This document shows, one piece after another, positions 10,739-19,922 of a stretch of 64,000 nt of DNA. Below the pieces are notes generated by a model. It was not told the origin of the DNA. It saw only the letters and a program-made list of their open reading frames with translations, and did not search any database. The stretch comes from an uncultured delta proteobacterium (GTDB taxonomy: Bacteria > Myxococcota > Myxococcia > Myxococcales > Myxococcaceae): the NCBI GenBank assembly GCA_963796055.1, contig CAWCKH010000004.1, forward strand, positions 1,184,001-1,248,000. The letters run 5' to 3'. Numbering within the stretch: position 1 is the stretch's first letter; each line of letters starts with the position of its first letter. The position numbers and the translations under genes are program-made.

Positions 10739-10812
10739 CGTGTCCTCCCATCCAGCTCACTCGGCAATCGAACGGACCACCTCGGACCTCGGGTCTGTAG
10801 GGGTTCGTCTCC

Positions 10813-11040
10813 TCACCCGCGTTCATGTTTCGCCCGACAGGTGGCGAAACACTTGCCCGCACGAAGTCTCCGCTCCTTTCGCCGGCCCCACCTTTCGGTG
10901 ATGTCCCGGAGCATCCCCACCAGGATCACGAGGAAGAGGGCAGCGCCGATCAGCGCCACGGCCCATCTCGAGGAGTAGCGGTCGAGCTCGGTCGCGTCCA
11001 CGGTCAGGCAGTGCCTCGGCTTGGATGTGAGGAGCTCCAT
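10813..11040 (-). CDS. Small single-TM hypothetical protein
   Basis: MELLTSK...WAVALIGAALFLVILVGML hydrophobic stretch. Confidence 0.3.
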   Translation of the reverse strand: MELLTSKPRHCLTVDATELDRYSSRWAVALIGAALFLVILVGMLRDITERWGRRKERRLRAGKCFATCRAKHERG

Positions 11041-11922
11041 CGCTGGTCGGCTCGAGGCCTTTCGACGACCACGTCGATCCAGCCCAGCAGTTGCTCCAGA
11101 ACCTCCTGGCGGTTGATCTCGTTGAGCATCTCGTGGCGTCCGCCCTGGTAGAAGTCGTAGGAGATGTCGTCGATTCCCGCCCGGCGGTAGCGCTCGATGA
11201 GGAGCACCAGCCCCCGGAGCTGCTGACCCACGGGATCCTCGCTGCCCGAGAACAGGTAGATGGGGAGGTCCCTGCGGATGCGTTGAAGTCTCACGGCGTC
11301 CGACACCCGCGGCGCAGCGCCCAGGAACGACGCGAGGGACGCCGGCCGAAGCGCCGCGAAGCACAGCGGATCGCCGACGAATGCATCCACCACGTCGGGA
11401 TCGCGACTCAGCCAGTCGAACGGGGTCCGCGCCGGCTCGAAAGGGGCGTTGAGGACGTTGACTCCGTGCGCAGCGGAGCTTGCCAGCCGGACGAGTCCGT
11501 CAAGAACGCCCGAGCCGGAGAGTACCAGCGCATCGATCATCCCGCTGTGCTCGAGGACAAACTGCTGGGCTGCGAAGGAGCCCATGCTGTGTCCGAGCAG
11601 GATGAATGGAAGGTCGGGGTCTCGCTCCTGTGCGATCTGGCTCAACCGCACCATGTCCTCCACCAGGAGGTCGAATCCGCCCGTTCCGAGATCGCCGACG
11701 TACCCGGCGGATGGAGCGGTCCGGCCGTGACCACGATGATCGCTGCCGTAGACGGTCAAACCGCTGGACACCAGCGCGTCGATGGTGGCGCGGTACCGAC
11801 CGATGTGCTCGCCCATCCCGTGGGCAATCTGGACCACGCCGCGCTGTGGACCGCGCGCATCCCAGCGGAAGCAGGCGATGCGCAATCCATCCGAGCTGGT
11901 GAATCGGAACTGCGGGTTCCAT
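11004..11922 (-). CDS. Alpha/beta hydrolase (lysophospholipase-like); extra base just after the start
   Basis: HGMGEH, DHRGHG, GHSMG, GSEDPV, RHEMLNE motifs. Confidence 0.88.
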
Positions 11923-11935
11923 GACCCGGTTCTCC

Positions 11936-11951
11936 AGCACTTGGCATGCCA
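11936..11951 (-). promoter_or_regulatory. Putative sigma54 -24/-12 promoter of the hydrolase
   Basis: TGGCATGCCAAGTGCT (GG-N10-GC) on the minus strand. Confidence 0.5.
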
Positions 11952-12213
11952 GCCCGGGTGGCGTGTCGCGTGCGGAAACGACACCACTGACAGGAGCTGG
12001 TGCCCGTGTCGACACGAGCTGCAGTGCCGTCGAGACCGTGACGGGTGCTCCGACCGCCGAAGTTCGGACGGGACTGTCGGCCCCTGCACCCTGACCAGAC
12101 AGAAACCCGGCATTTCGTCGAGCACTCGCTGGGTGAAACATCGCGACGTTTCGCGATCCAAACGAGTGGATGGGCTCCGGTGATCCGGGGCTCCAGGCAC
12201 GGGAGACGGTCAG

Positions 12214-12833
12214 ATGGGCAGGGCAGTGGGGCTGGTGGTGGGCTCCTCGGCGCGGGCGCGCTCGGGGACGGCGTGGCGGGCGGAACGGAAGGAGAGAAGC
12301 AGCCGCTGCTGGCCGCCGCCGGGACCGAGAGTCACCTCGAGCCCGTTTACGCCGGGACGTATGTCTACGCCGGAAGCGAGGCGGAACGCGCCGCGGTGAA
12401 GGCCGCCGTGAACCGGGCCACCGAGGGAATGTTCGGAAAGGTCATCGCTCGCGAGGAACTGATGCAGCGTTCCGAGATCCGCCCGAGCTACACCATCCGC
12501 CTGGACTCCCCGGGGAGGGTGAGCGTCGAGACCCCCGGGTTCCCCCCGGAATCCTCACCTCTCGACGGGACGGAGGTGGAGCTCCGCACCAAGTACGGCG
12601 ACGTGGTCAAGAACAGCCAGCAGTTCGTCTCCGGCTCGCTCCTCCAGGAAGGTCACACCCCCGACGGGAGCGGCTCGACGGAGTTCAAGCTGCTGGCCGA
12701 CGGGAACACGCTACGGGTCACCCGCGTCAGCAGGAGTCCGAGACTGCCCAGGGCGGTCGAGTACCCCGGACCTACGTCCGCAGCAGGCCACGCGCTGAGG
12801 CGAGCCCGGCGCTCGACTGCGGCCTCGCCCTGA
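12214..12833 (+). CDS. Exported hypothetical protein, frameshifted near both ends
   Basis: Coherent beta-rich central frame (YAGTYVYAGSEAERAAV...TLRVTRV); hydrophobic N-terminus lies in another frame. Confidence 0.55.
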
Positions 12834-12889
12834 GGCGAGCGTCTCCGGTCGCCCCGGTCGCGGTCCTCGACGAGACGATGCGAGCCACG

Positions 12890-13157
12890 CCGCCCCTTCG
12901 CCTCGAGTGCCGCCCGATGACCTGGAGAGCCTTGACCGTCGCCGCCCGGCCTTCCGGGTCATCTCGTAGCGCGCTCCCACCTTCCGGAGCGCCCCGAGCA
13001 GGACCAGGCGGTCCACCGTGGCGACGGCCACCGCATCGTCGAAGGCCGGCCCTTCGACGAGCCTCAGCGCGCGACGGGCGATCATCGACTTCTCGAGCGG
13101 CTCCTCGAGGACGGCCGTCAGAACGGCGAGATCTTGCAGTGACAGAGGCGTTCGCAT
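12890..13157 (-). CDS. Small winged-helix-like protein, frameshifted
   Basis: LSLQDLAVL...VDRLVLLGAL...YEMTRK resembles a PadR/MarR wing; end is approximate. Confidence 0.4.
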
Positions 13158-13218
13158 TTCCCATTGGAGACGGATGGCGGTCTCTTGTTTCAGCTGGTGA
13201 CGGCCCGGCCGATGTTCC

Positions 13219-13680
13219 CTTCCGGGTGTTGCGTCCGGGCGCGCGCTTCTCCGGGTACGACTGGTGCCTCCTCGACTCGTTCAATCCCGCGGACCGGACC
13301 ACGTGCGGATCAAGAAGGGCATCGAGCAGGGCAACGGGATGGCCGAGCTCCGTCCGGCCTCCGACGTGCTCGACTCTCTGCTCGACGCGGGATTCGAGGT
13401 GGAGGCGTGCGGTGACTGGGCGGCCACGGCACACCCGCGCTCGCCGTGGTACGGACCTCTCACCAGCGGCCTCTCACTGACTGGCTTCAGGAACAGTCGC
13501 GCCGGCGCGTTCCTCTCTCGCCAGCTGATCCGGGTGCTGGAGGCGCTCCGGCTCGCCCCTCGCGGAACGCTGATGGTCCACGACGTGCTGCGACTCGCGC
13601 AATGGTCCCTGGTGGACGCCGGGCGTCGGGGCATCTTCACTGCCAGCTTCTTCTGGCTGGCGCGAAAGCCTGGGGGATGA
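13219..13680 (+). pseudogene. C-terminal fragment of a sterol C-24 methyltransferase (ERG6/SMT-like)
   Basis: FRVLRPGARFSGYDWCL, IKKGIEQGNG, PWYGPL, LEALRLAPRG, GIFT...ARKP; SAM-binding N-half absent; frameshift near 13297. Confidence 0.75.
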
Positions 13681-13890
13681 CCGCCGCTGGATGTGAAGGC
13701 GCGCTGACGGTCGTGTCCCAAGTCCAGCTGGAGCACGCCCCGAAGCATCGAAGCGTGCCTCGCAATTGGCCACCGCCACTGGGCACCCGGCTGCCTAACG
13801 GTACGGATAGCCGAAGCGGGTGAATTCGTACGTATTCCCCGATGGCGGCGTTCCGGCGAAACAAGCGGCCGGGACGAACCACCCAGGAGC

Positions 13891-14640
13891 ATGCCGTACA
13901 ACGGCACTCCGGCGCACGGAAGCAAGGTCCCGCACGTCACGCTCGCGTCTGGGCGGCGAAGATCCTGGCCACCACTGTGGGCGAGACAGCGGGTGACGCG
14001 CTCTCGATGACCCTGAATCTCGGGTACGCCATGAGCTCGGTCGTCTTCATCGCGCTCTTCGTGGTCGCGGTCTGGGCCCAGGTGCGCGCGCGGCGCTTGC
14101 ACCCGCTGCTCTACTGGACGGTGATCGTCGCCACGACCACCGCCGGCACGACCATGGCCGACTTCGCCGACCGCTCGCTGGGCATCGGCTATGTCGGTGG
14201 CTCGCTGCTCCTCTTTGTGCTCGTCCTGCTCGTCCTCCTCGCCTGGTGGCGAACGGAGGGAAGCGTCTCGGTGGACGGCATTCGCCGACCGCGCGTGGAG
14301 GTCTTCTACTGGGCGACCATCCTCGCCTCGAACACGCTCGGAACCGCGCTCGGCGACCTTCCTGGCCGACGACTCCGGGCTCGGCTACCGCGGCGGCGCG
14401 CTGGTGTTCTGCGCCGCACTCGCCCTCGTGGCGGTCGTCTGGCGCTTCACGTACGTCTCGCGCAGCCTGGTGTTCTGGGCAGCCTTCATCCTTACCCGAC
14501 CGCTGGGGGCGACCCTTGGCGACATCCTCACCAAGCCCACCTCCACCGGCGGGCTGAACCTCGGAAGGTTCGGCTCCTCGGCGGTGCTCCTGGTCTGCAT
14601 GGTCGCGTGCGTGCTCCTCACCTCGCAGCGGTACGGCGGC
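13891..14640 (+). CDS. COG4705/DUF347 membrane protein, two frameshifts (~13948, ~14357)
   Basis: KVPHVT.., KILATTVGETAGD, TTAGTTMAD, NTLGTALGD, FILTRPLGATLGD; end is approximate. Confidence 0.82.
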
Positions 14641-14749
14641 GAAGCGCGGCGCGATGTACGGAAGAAGGGGTCCCTTGAACGGGTGAGGCTTTCGCCAGCG
14701 AAACCCCTCCGCCCAGGAGCCGAGGACGCGCATGGCGCTGCTCACCTCC

Positions 14750-14901
14750 CATCAAACAGCGTGGATTCCGAAAACAATGCCCAGGGGCGAAATCGAACCA
14801 CCGACACGGGGAGTTTCAGTCCCCGTCGTGGAGTGGCCAAGCCCTCGAACGGCCTCCAGAAGACGAAGGAGCTGAACTGGACTGCATCGCCGGTGCATCA
14901 G
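14750..14901. mobile_element. attP-like junction B (right end of module 2, left end of the integrase-bearing module)
   Basis: 14778-14824 matches the tRNA-Phe 3' part with 2 mismatches; CATCAAACAGCGTGGATTC matches the int 3' end; arm motif at 14883-14901. Confidence 0.88.
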
Positions 14902-15013
14902 CTACCGAGCGCGCGACCCGAGGGCGAACGGCCGCGTCGAGTCCGGGCCGGTCCTGCCCGCGGCCGACGGCGGGGCGACCACCTGGACGGCCCGTCCCCA
15001 GCGCGAGACGCCG

Positions 15014-17280
15014 CTACCGCGCGGGAGGGTTGCGCCGGGCCAGCGCCCTGTCGATGGCAGCGCGTAGCAGGTGGGGCGGCTCCCCACCGCTGTGGACCTC
15101 GCCGTCGATCACCAGCGAGGGCGGCTTCACCCCCAGGGCGCGGGCCTGCTTGAGCTGCTCGACCTCCGCGCCACCAATGCCAGTCACCATCACGTAGTCG
15201 AACAACCCCAAATCCGCGCCGATCTGCCGCGCATACCGGCGCAGCACTGCTGGAGACGGGATCTCCGGCGGCGGCCAGGTGAAGTCGTCGCGGCGCTGGT
15301 TCGCCAGGACCAGGTCGTGCAGTTCCCAGAAGCGGGGACCCACGCCGGCCACTGCTCGGGCGAGCCGGGCCCCCTCCGGCTGGTGAAGCTCGGACACGTC
15401 CCACTAGACGAGACGAAGCTCGTCGCCGTAGCTGGCCAGATCGTGTGGAACACCGGCTCCATCAAGGCGCAAAAGTAGCTGACGAGTCGCATGAAGAAGG
15501 ACGGGGAGTGCCGTGCGAGGAGGGCCGCCTCGCGAAGGTCGCGACCCTGGGTCGGGCAGCGCTACCCGCGGCCGATCCTCGCCGTGCTCGCGCGCGCCTC
15601 GCTCGAATTCCTCATAGAAGTGGAGAGCCTGCTCACCCAAGCCGAGCCGGCGCCGGGCCTCGGCCAGCTCGTCAGCAACGACCTGCTCGAGCTCGGCGCC
15701 GTCGTCAGTCATGACCTTCCGCCGGTGAGAAGAAGCCGAGGATGCCCGGAGGCCCACGGGGCGGAGAGGTTGCCCTCGACGACTTGCCGGCCGAGGGGTG
15801 CTCCGTCGAGCGCCGCCAGACCGCCTCCGGCTCGAGCGCAGCGCGCGGGCTTGCTTGATCAGCCGGGTCGGTTCGAGCAGCGGTGAGGCGGCGAAGAGCA
15901 GATCATGGGCACGCCAGAAGGCGGCCGAACCCCGCTGCAGCGCGACCTCCCGGGCGACCTGCGCCGCCCCGTCGGCGTAGCGGTGGACACTCACGGGGTA
16001 GTCCTTCCAGACCAGCCGCAGCTTCTGTGGAAACCGATCGAACAGGCGCCTGAGCCTCGCCTCCGCGGCTTTCGAGTAAGGGCAGTGGAAATCTGCGAAC
16101 TCGATGATGGTCACGGCGGCTTCGGCGGGGCCCCGAGAGGGAGAGTTTCCGATCGGGCCAAGCCAGCGCTCGAAGGGCCCGCGAGCCGGGCCCGGAGACG
16201 TCGGGAGCAACGGCCGAGGCGGCTCGAGGCCGGCGCTGAACGCCCAACTACCCGCCGCGCCAGACCGTGCGTGCTCCGACAGCCGCGAGCCCGAGCACCA
16301 GCACCAGGGCAAGCGCGGCGCCGAGCACCGCGAGGCGAGTGGCCAAAGAGCGCGAGGTCCGGAGAACAATCGGCCGTGCCTTGACGGAGGTCGGGGCGGT
16401 GGCCGCCCCGAGGTCGAAGGCGAGGTCGGCCGCGGACTGAAAACGGCGGGCTGGCTCCTTTTCCAGGCATCGCCGCACCAGCAAATCGACCGAGGGGGGA
16501 ACTGACTCCGGAAGGGGAGGAGGCTCGGATTCCAGGATGGCGTGCCCGCTCTCGATGAAGCTCTTGCCGGGGAACGCGGGGGCGCCGGCCAGCATCTCGT
16601 AGAGCACCGTGCCAAGGCTGAAAATGTCCGTCCGGGCGTCCACGGGGTCGCCGCGTACCTGCTCGGGGGACATGAACGCTGGTGTTCCGAGCACAGCGCC
16701 GGGCCGGGTCCCGAGGCCTTCTGGGGTGAGCGTGGTGTCGAGGAGGTTCCTGGTCCCCTCGATGCCCCTCGGCGCGGTCAGCTTCGCGATGCCGAAGTCG
16801 AGCAGCTTGGCTCGACCACCCGAGGTGAGGAATACGTTCTCCGGTTTCACGTCCCGGTGGACGACGCCGCGCGCAAGACAGCCGCCAGGCCCTCGCCAAG
16901 CGGAGCGCCGAGCTCAAGCGACCTGCTCGACGGCGGACGACAAGGACGACGATGACAGTGACCCGCCCTCAGGCCGGTGCCACCAGGAAAGGAGCGCCGC
17001 CTTCGGAGCCGACGTCGTGCACGACGACCAGGTTGGGATGGTTCAACGAGCCGGCGAGACGGGCCTCCTGCTCGAAGCGTTGAAGGCGCTCGGGGTCGAG
17101 CGCCGCCCCATCGGAGATGACCTTGAGGGCTACCTCCGACCCATCGGGTGTCGAGGGCGCGATACACGTCGACGGCTCCCCCCGGTCGGAGGACAGCGAG
17201 AACTTCAGGACCGACTCGCACCCCAGCTCTAAGCCGCAGGCCCAACCTCCGTCGCGGCAACGCCAACCACCGAGCGGCAT
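15014..17280 (-). pseudogene. Ser/Thr protein kinase-TM-DsbA/thioredoxin fusion, multiply frameshifted
   Basis: VALKV, RFEQEARLAGSLNHPNL, HRDVKPEN, DFGIAK, GTPAFMSPEQ, TM, EFADFHCPYS, FWRAHDLLF; second Trx-like domain (FWELHDLV). Confidence 0.75.
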
Positions 17281-17709
17281 CTTCGCCGATCTGAAGATGG
17301 CGAGGAATTCGCCTTGCTCTCGGGCTCTCCGCACCGGGGCGCAGCACCTCATCCTCCCCGCTCGCCTTTCTCCGCCGCCTCGCCGCTCTCGTCCCCCCAC
17401 CCCGGGTCAACCTCGTCCGGTACTCGGCGTCTTCGCCCCCAATGCCCGACTCCGCCCCCGCCTCCGGCGGCCCTGACCGACGACGCTCCTCCTTCCCACC
17501 CCCAACGCCGGCTCACCCCAGAGGGCCTGGCTGACCTGCCAATGGCCCTCCAATGCGCCCGCAAACGCGCCCGAGAATGCGCTCCCGGATCGGGCGTATT
17601 TCCGAGCTCTTTCCAGGGCACGAACCAGGGCCGATTCGAGGCTCCGTTCTCCAGGACTCTCAGCACTTGCGCCCTCGCCCATCCCATTGTGCGCGCGGCA
17701 GCAAGCGCA

Positions 17710-17775
17710 CCCCCGAGATTCCCGCTCACGCCCTCACAACCACATGACTGAGGGCGTGAGCGGGAATCTCGGGGG
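17710..17775. repeat. Perfect 27-bp inverted repeat with a 12-nt loop
   Basis: CCCCCGAGATTCCCGCTCACGCCCTCA (17710-17736) / TGAGGGCGTGAGCGGGAATCTCGGGGG (17749-17775). Confidence 0.95.
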
Positions 17776-18065
17776 GTACGGACAAGACTGGGTGGGGCGG
17801 GCGAGGGGATCGAGGGGATCAGGTGAGGAGGAGGTAGTGAGAAAGTTCCTGAGGCAAGGAAGCGAGTGGTGAGGAAGCGGGTACGAGGACGGTACGGACC
17901 GGAGAACCGAGGAGCGGCGTCGCGGCTCGAGGTGGAAGCCCAGAGGTGTGTGTCAAGACGTTTGGACGCAAAAGAGCTCTTGGGGCTTCGAGAGAACGGA
18001 GCGAGGCGCGTGCTTGGTGTTGCCGAGATGGACCTCAAACAGGCTGTTTTGGTACTATGTTGGAG

Positions 18066-18380
18066 ATGCAGCGGAGCCAAAGCCAGGACACCAACACGAC
18101 CCGCGTCTCGGTCTACCTGAAGAACTTCCTTGTCGACTGGTGCGACCAGCGCGCCGAGCAGCTCGGGGAGAGTCGACAGGCTGCGGTTGTCGAGGCTGTC
18201 CGCGACCACTGGAATCTCTACGGCCTGCCGGCCCACCTGGAGGAGGTCCTCCTCGCCGAGAAGAAGGCCAAGGGCTACGACAACCGGACCTACCTCCGCT
18301 ACGTCGTGGCGCTCCATGCCCAGGCCCTCTTCGATCGCCGGCAGGCGAGCGAACCCGCCAAGTCACCCCGAAGGAAGTAG
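18066..18380 (+). CDS. Ribbon-helix-helix-like DNA-binding protein
   Basis: TRVSVYL strand then helices (RAEQLGESRQAAVVEAVR); GGAG RBS. Confidence 0.6.
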   Translation: MQRSQSQDTNTTRVSVYLKNFLVDWCDQRAEQLGESRQAAVVEAVRDHWNLYGLPAHLEEVLLAEKKAKGYDNRTYLRYVVALHAQALFDRRQASEPAKSPRRK

Positions 18381-18386
18381 GCCCTG

Positions 18387-18827
18387 ATGACCGACCGCGA
18401 GCAGGACTTCGAGCAGCAGCTCGGGCCGCACTGGCGGATGAAGATCTCTCGGGAGCGGGAGATTTACGCCGAGCCGATGCTCGACGCGGAGAACATCCGC
18501 CGTGAGTTCGGCTGCTCGCGATCGAAGGCCTACGAGCACCTCCACGCCGCTCTCGCGCACTTCGGAATCGTCCCGGAGGCTGGCAAGCAGCTCCGGATCC
18601 GGTGGAGCATCTGGCAGCGGTACAAGCAATCGAGAATCCCATGGGCAAGGGTAGATATCGGCTCACCAGGCGCGGCCTGGTCTGGTACGCGCACGTCTAC
18701 GAGAACGGGGCACGGAGGCAGATCTCCACCCGTTGCACCGACCTCAAGGCGGCCGAGCTTGCGCTCCGACAGCTCGAGCGGGACAGCGCCGATCCGGCCC
18801 ACGCTGCCGCGAAGAAGGCCTCGCTGA
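18387..18827 (+). CDS. HTH excisionase/RDF-like protein overlapping the int 5' end
   Basis: MLDAENIRREFGCSRSKAYEHL HTH-like segment; position upstream of and overlapping int. Confidence 0.6.
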   Translation: MTDREQDFEQQLGPHWRMKISREREIYAEPMLDAENIRREFGCSRSKAYEHLHAALAHFGIVPEAGKQLRIRWSIWQRYKQSRIPWARVDIGSPGAAWSGTRTSTRTGHGGRSPPVAPTSRRPSLRSDSSSGTAPIRPTLPRRRPR

Positions 18828-19837
18828 GCGACGCGCTCGCTCTGCTCCTCGAGCGCCGCACGGAAGAGGCGACCGCCGGCCGGCGCAGCCCGGAGACGGT
18901 GGCGTTCTACCGGCGCAAGGCCGGCCACCTGACCCGCATCTTCGAGCACCTGGACGACGGCAAGTACGAGCCGTTCATTCTCACCCACCTGAGAGCAGCA
19001 GACGTCGACCACTACATCTCGCTCCGGCGCTCGGAAGCGGTGAGCGACCACACCATCGCCAAGGAGCTGGTGACTCTTCGAGCCTCTCTCAAGCTCGCCA
19101 AGCGCGCGGGGCTGTGGCTCGGCGACATCGATGCACTCTTGCCGGTCGGCTTTGCTCCGGATTATCGGCCACGAACCCGTGCCCTCTCGACCGAGGAGCT
19201 CGGGCAACTGCTGGCCCTCCTGCCGTCAGCCCGAGCGGCGCAGGTGGGCTTCATCGTCGCGACCTCCGCGTGCTGGAGCGAAGCGGTGAAGGCTCGCCGA
19301 GGCGACGTTCAGCTCGATTCCGGCTGGGTCCACATCCGCGGCACCAAGCGGGCTGCCAGAGATCGGCACATCCTCGTCCGACACCCAACTCTCGTGAGCC
19401 TGCTCGCGTACGCGCTCAAGCACGCTCCTGGCGAGGACCTGCTCTTCCCGCCCTGGAGCAACGTCCGCCGCGATCTCCTCATCGCCTGCGAGCAGGCCGG
19501 CATCGAGCCCTGCTCTCCGAACGACCTGCGCCGCACCTACGCCAAGTGGATGCGACTCGCACGAGTCCCGGCTGAAATTGTTGCTCCAACCATGGGCCAC
19601 CGCGACACGCGCATGGTCGAGCGCGTCTATGGCCGCCTGTCGCCTGAGGAAATCGGTGCGCTGCTGACCGCCCACTTCGCTCCGGACTGCATCGCCGGTG
19701 CATCAGACAGCGTGGATTCGGCCGGAAAACGTGGACGAAATGGACGTTCGCGTCGCGCCAAGCCAGCGAAAACAGTGCCCAGGGGCGGAATCGAACCACC
19801 GACACGGGGATTTTCAGTCCCCTGCTCTACCAACTGA
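18641..19837 (+). CDS. int: Tyrosine recombinase/integrase; C-terminus encoded by the tRNA antisense strand
   Basis: GTKR, SPNDLRRT, MGHRDTRMVERVY; N-terminal arm-binding-like segment. Confidence 0.92.
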   Translation: MGKGRYRLTRRGLVWYAHVYENGARRQISTRCTDLKAAELALRQLERDSADPAHAAAKKASLSDALALLLERRTEEATAGRRSPETVAFYRRKAGHLTRIFEHLDDGKYEPFILTHLRAADVDHYISLRRSEAVSDHTIAKELVTLRASLKLAKRAGLWLGDIDALLPVGFAPDYRPRTRALSTEELGQLLALLPSARAAQVGFIVATSACWSEAVKARRGDVQLDSGWVHIRGTKRAARDRHILVRHPTLVSLLAYALKHAPGEDLLFPPWSNVRRDLLIACEQAGIEPCSPNDLRRTYAKWMRLARVPAEIVAPTMGHRDTRMVERVYGRLSPEEIGALLTAHFAPDCIAGASDSVDSAGKRGRNGRSRRAKPAKTVPRGGIEPPTRGFSVPCSTN

Positions 19838-19848
19838 GCTACCTGGGC
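19776..19848 (-). tRNA. tRNA-Phe (GAA), CCA not encoded
   Basis: GCCCAGGTAGCTCAGTTGGTAGAGCAGGGGACTGAAAATCCCCGTGTCGGTGGTTCGATTCCGCCCCTGGGCA folds as a cloverleaf. Confidence 0.97.
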
Positions 19849-19893
19849 GAACAACGCCCCCGCGCCGCGAGCGGCCGCACGCGAGGGCGCGCA

Positions 19894-19922
19894 GGAATAG
19901 GACGCGCCTTCCCGGCAGTCAA
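19894..19922 (-). promoter_or_regulatory. Putative sigma70 promoter of tRNA-Phe
   Basis: TTGACT-N17-TATTCC on the minus strand. Confidence 0.6.

Larger units (their letters stand above)
14778..19822. mobile_element. ~5-kb integrative element in tRNA-Phe (int, xis-like, RHH, hairpin, kinase-DsbA cargo)
   Basis: Bounded by 47-bp direct repeats of the tRNA 3' part; integrase adjacent to the tRNA. Confidence 0.82.

Noticed and set aside
3442..14777. Classical integron with attC cassettes
   Set aside because: No attC-like palindromes seen between genes, the integrase is not recognisably IntI, and the junctions are tRNA-derived.
17349..18317. 322-aa minus-strand ORF as a possible Rep/relaxase
   Set aside because: Low-complexity, antisense to the RHH gene, runs through the hairpin, and shows no HUH or Rep motifs I can recognise.
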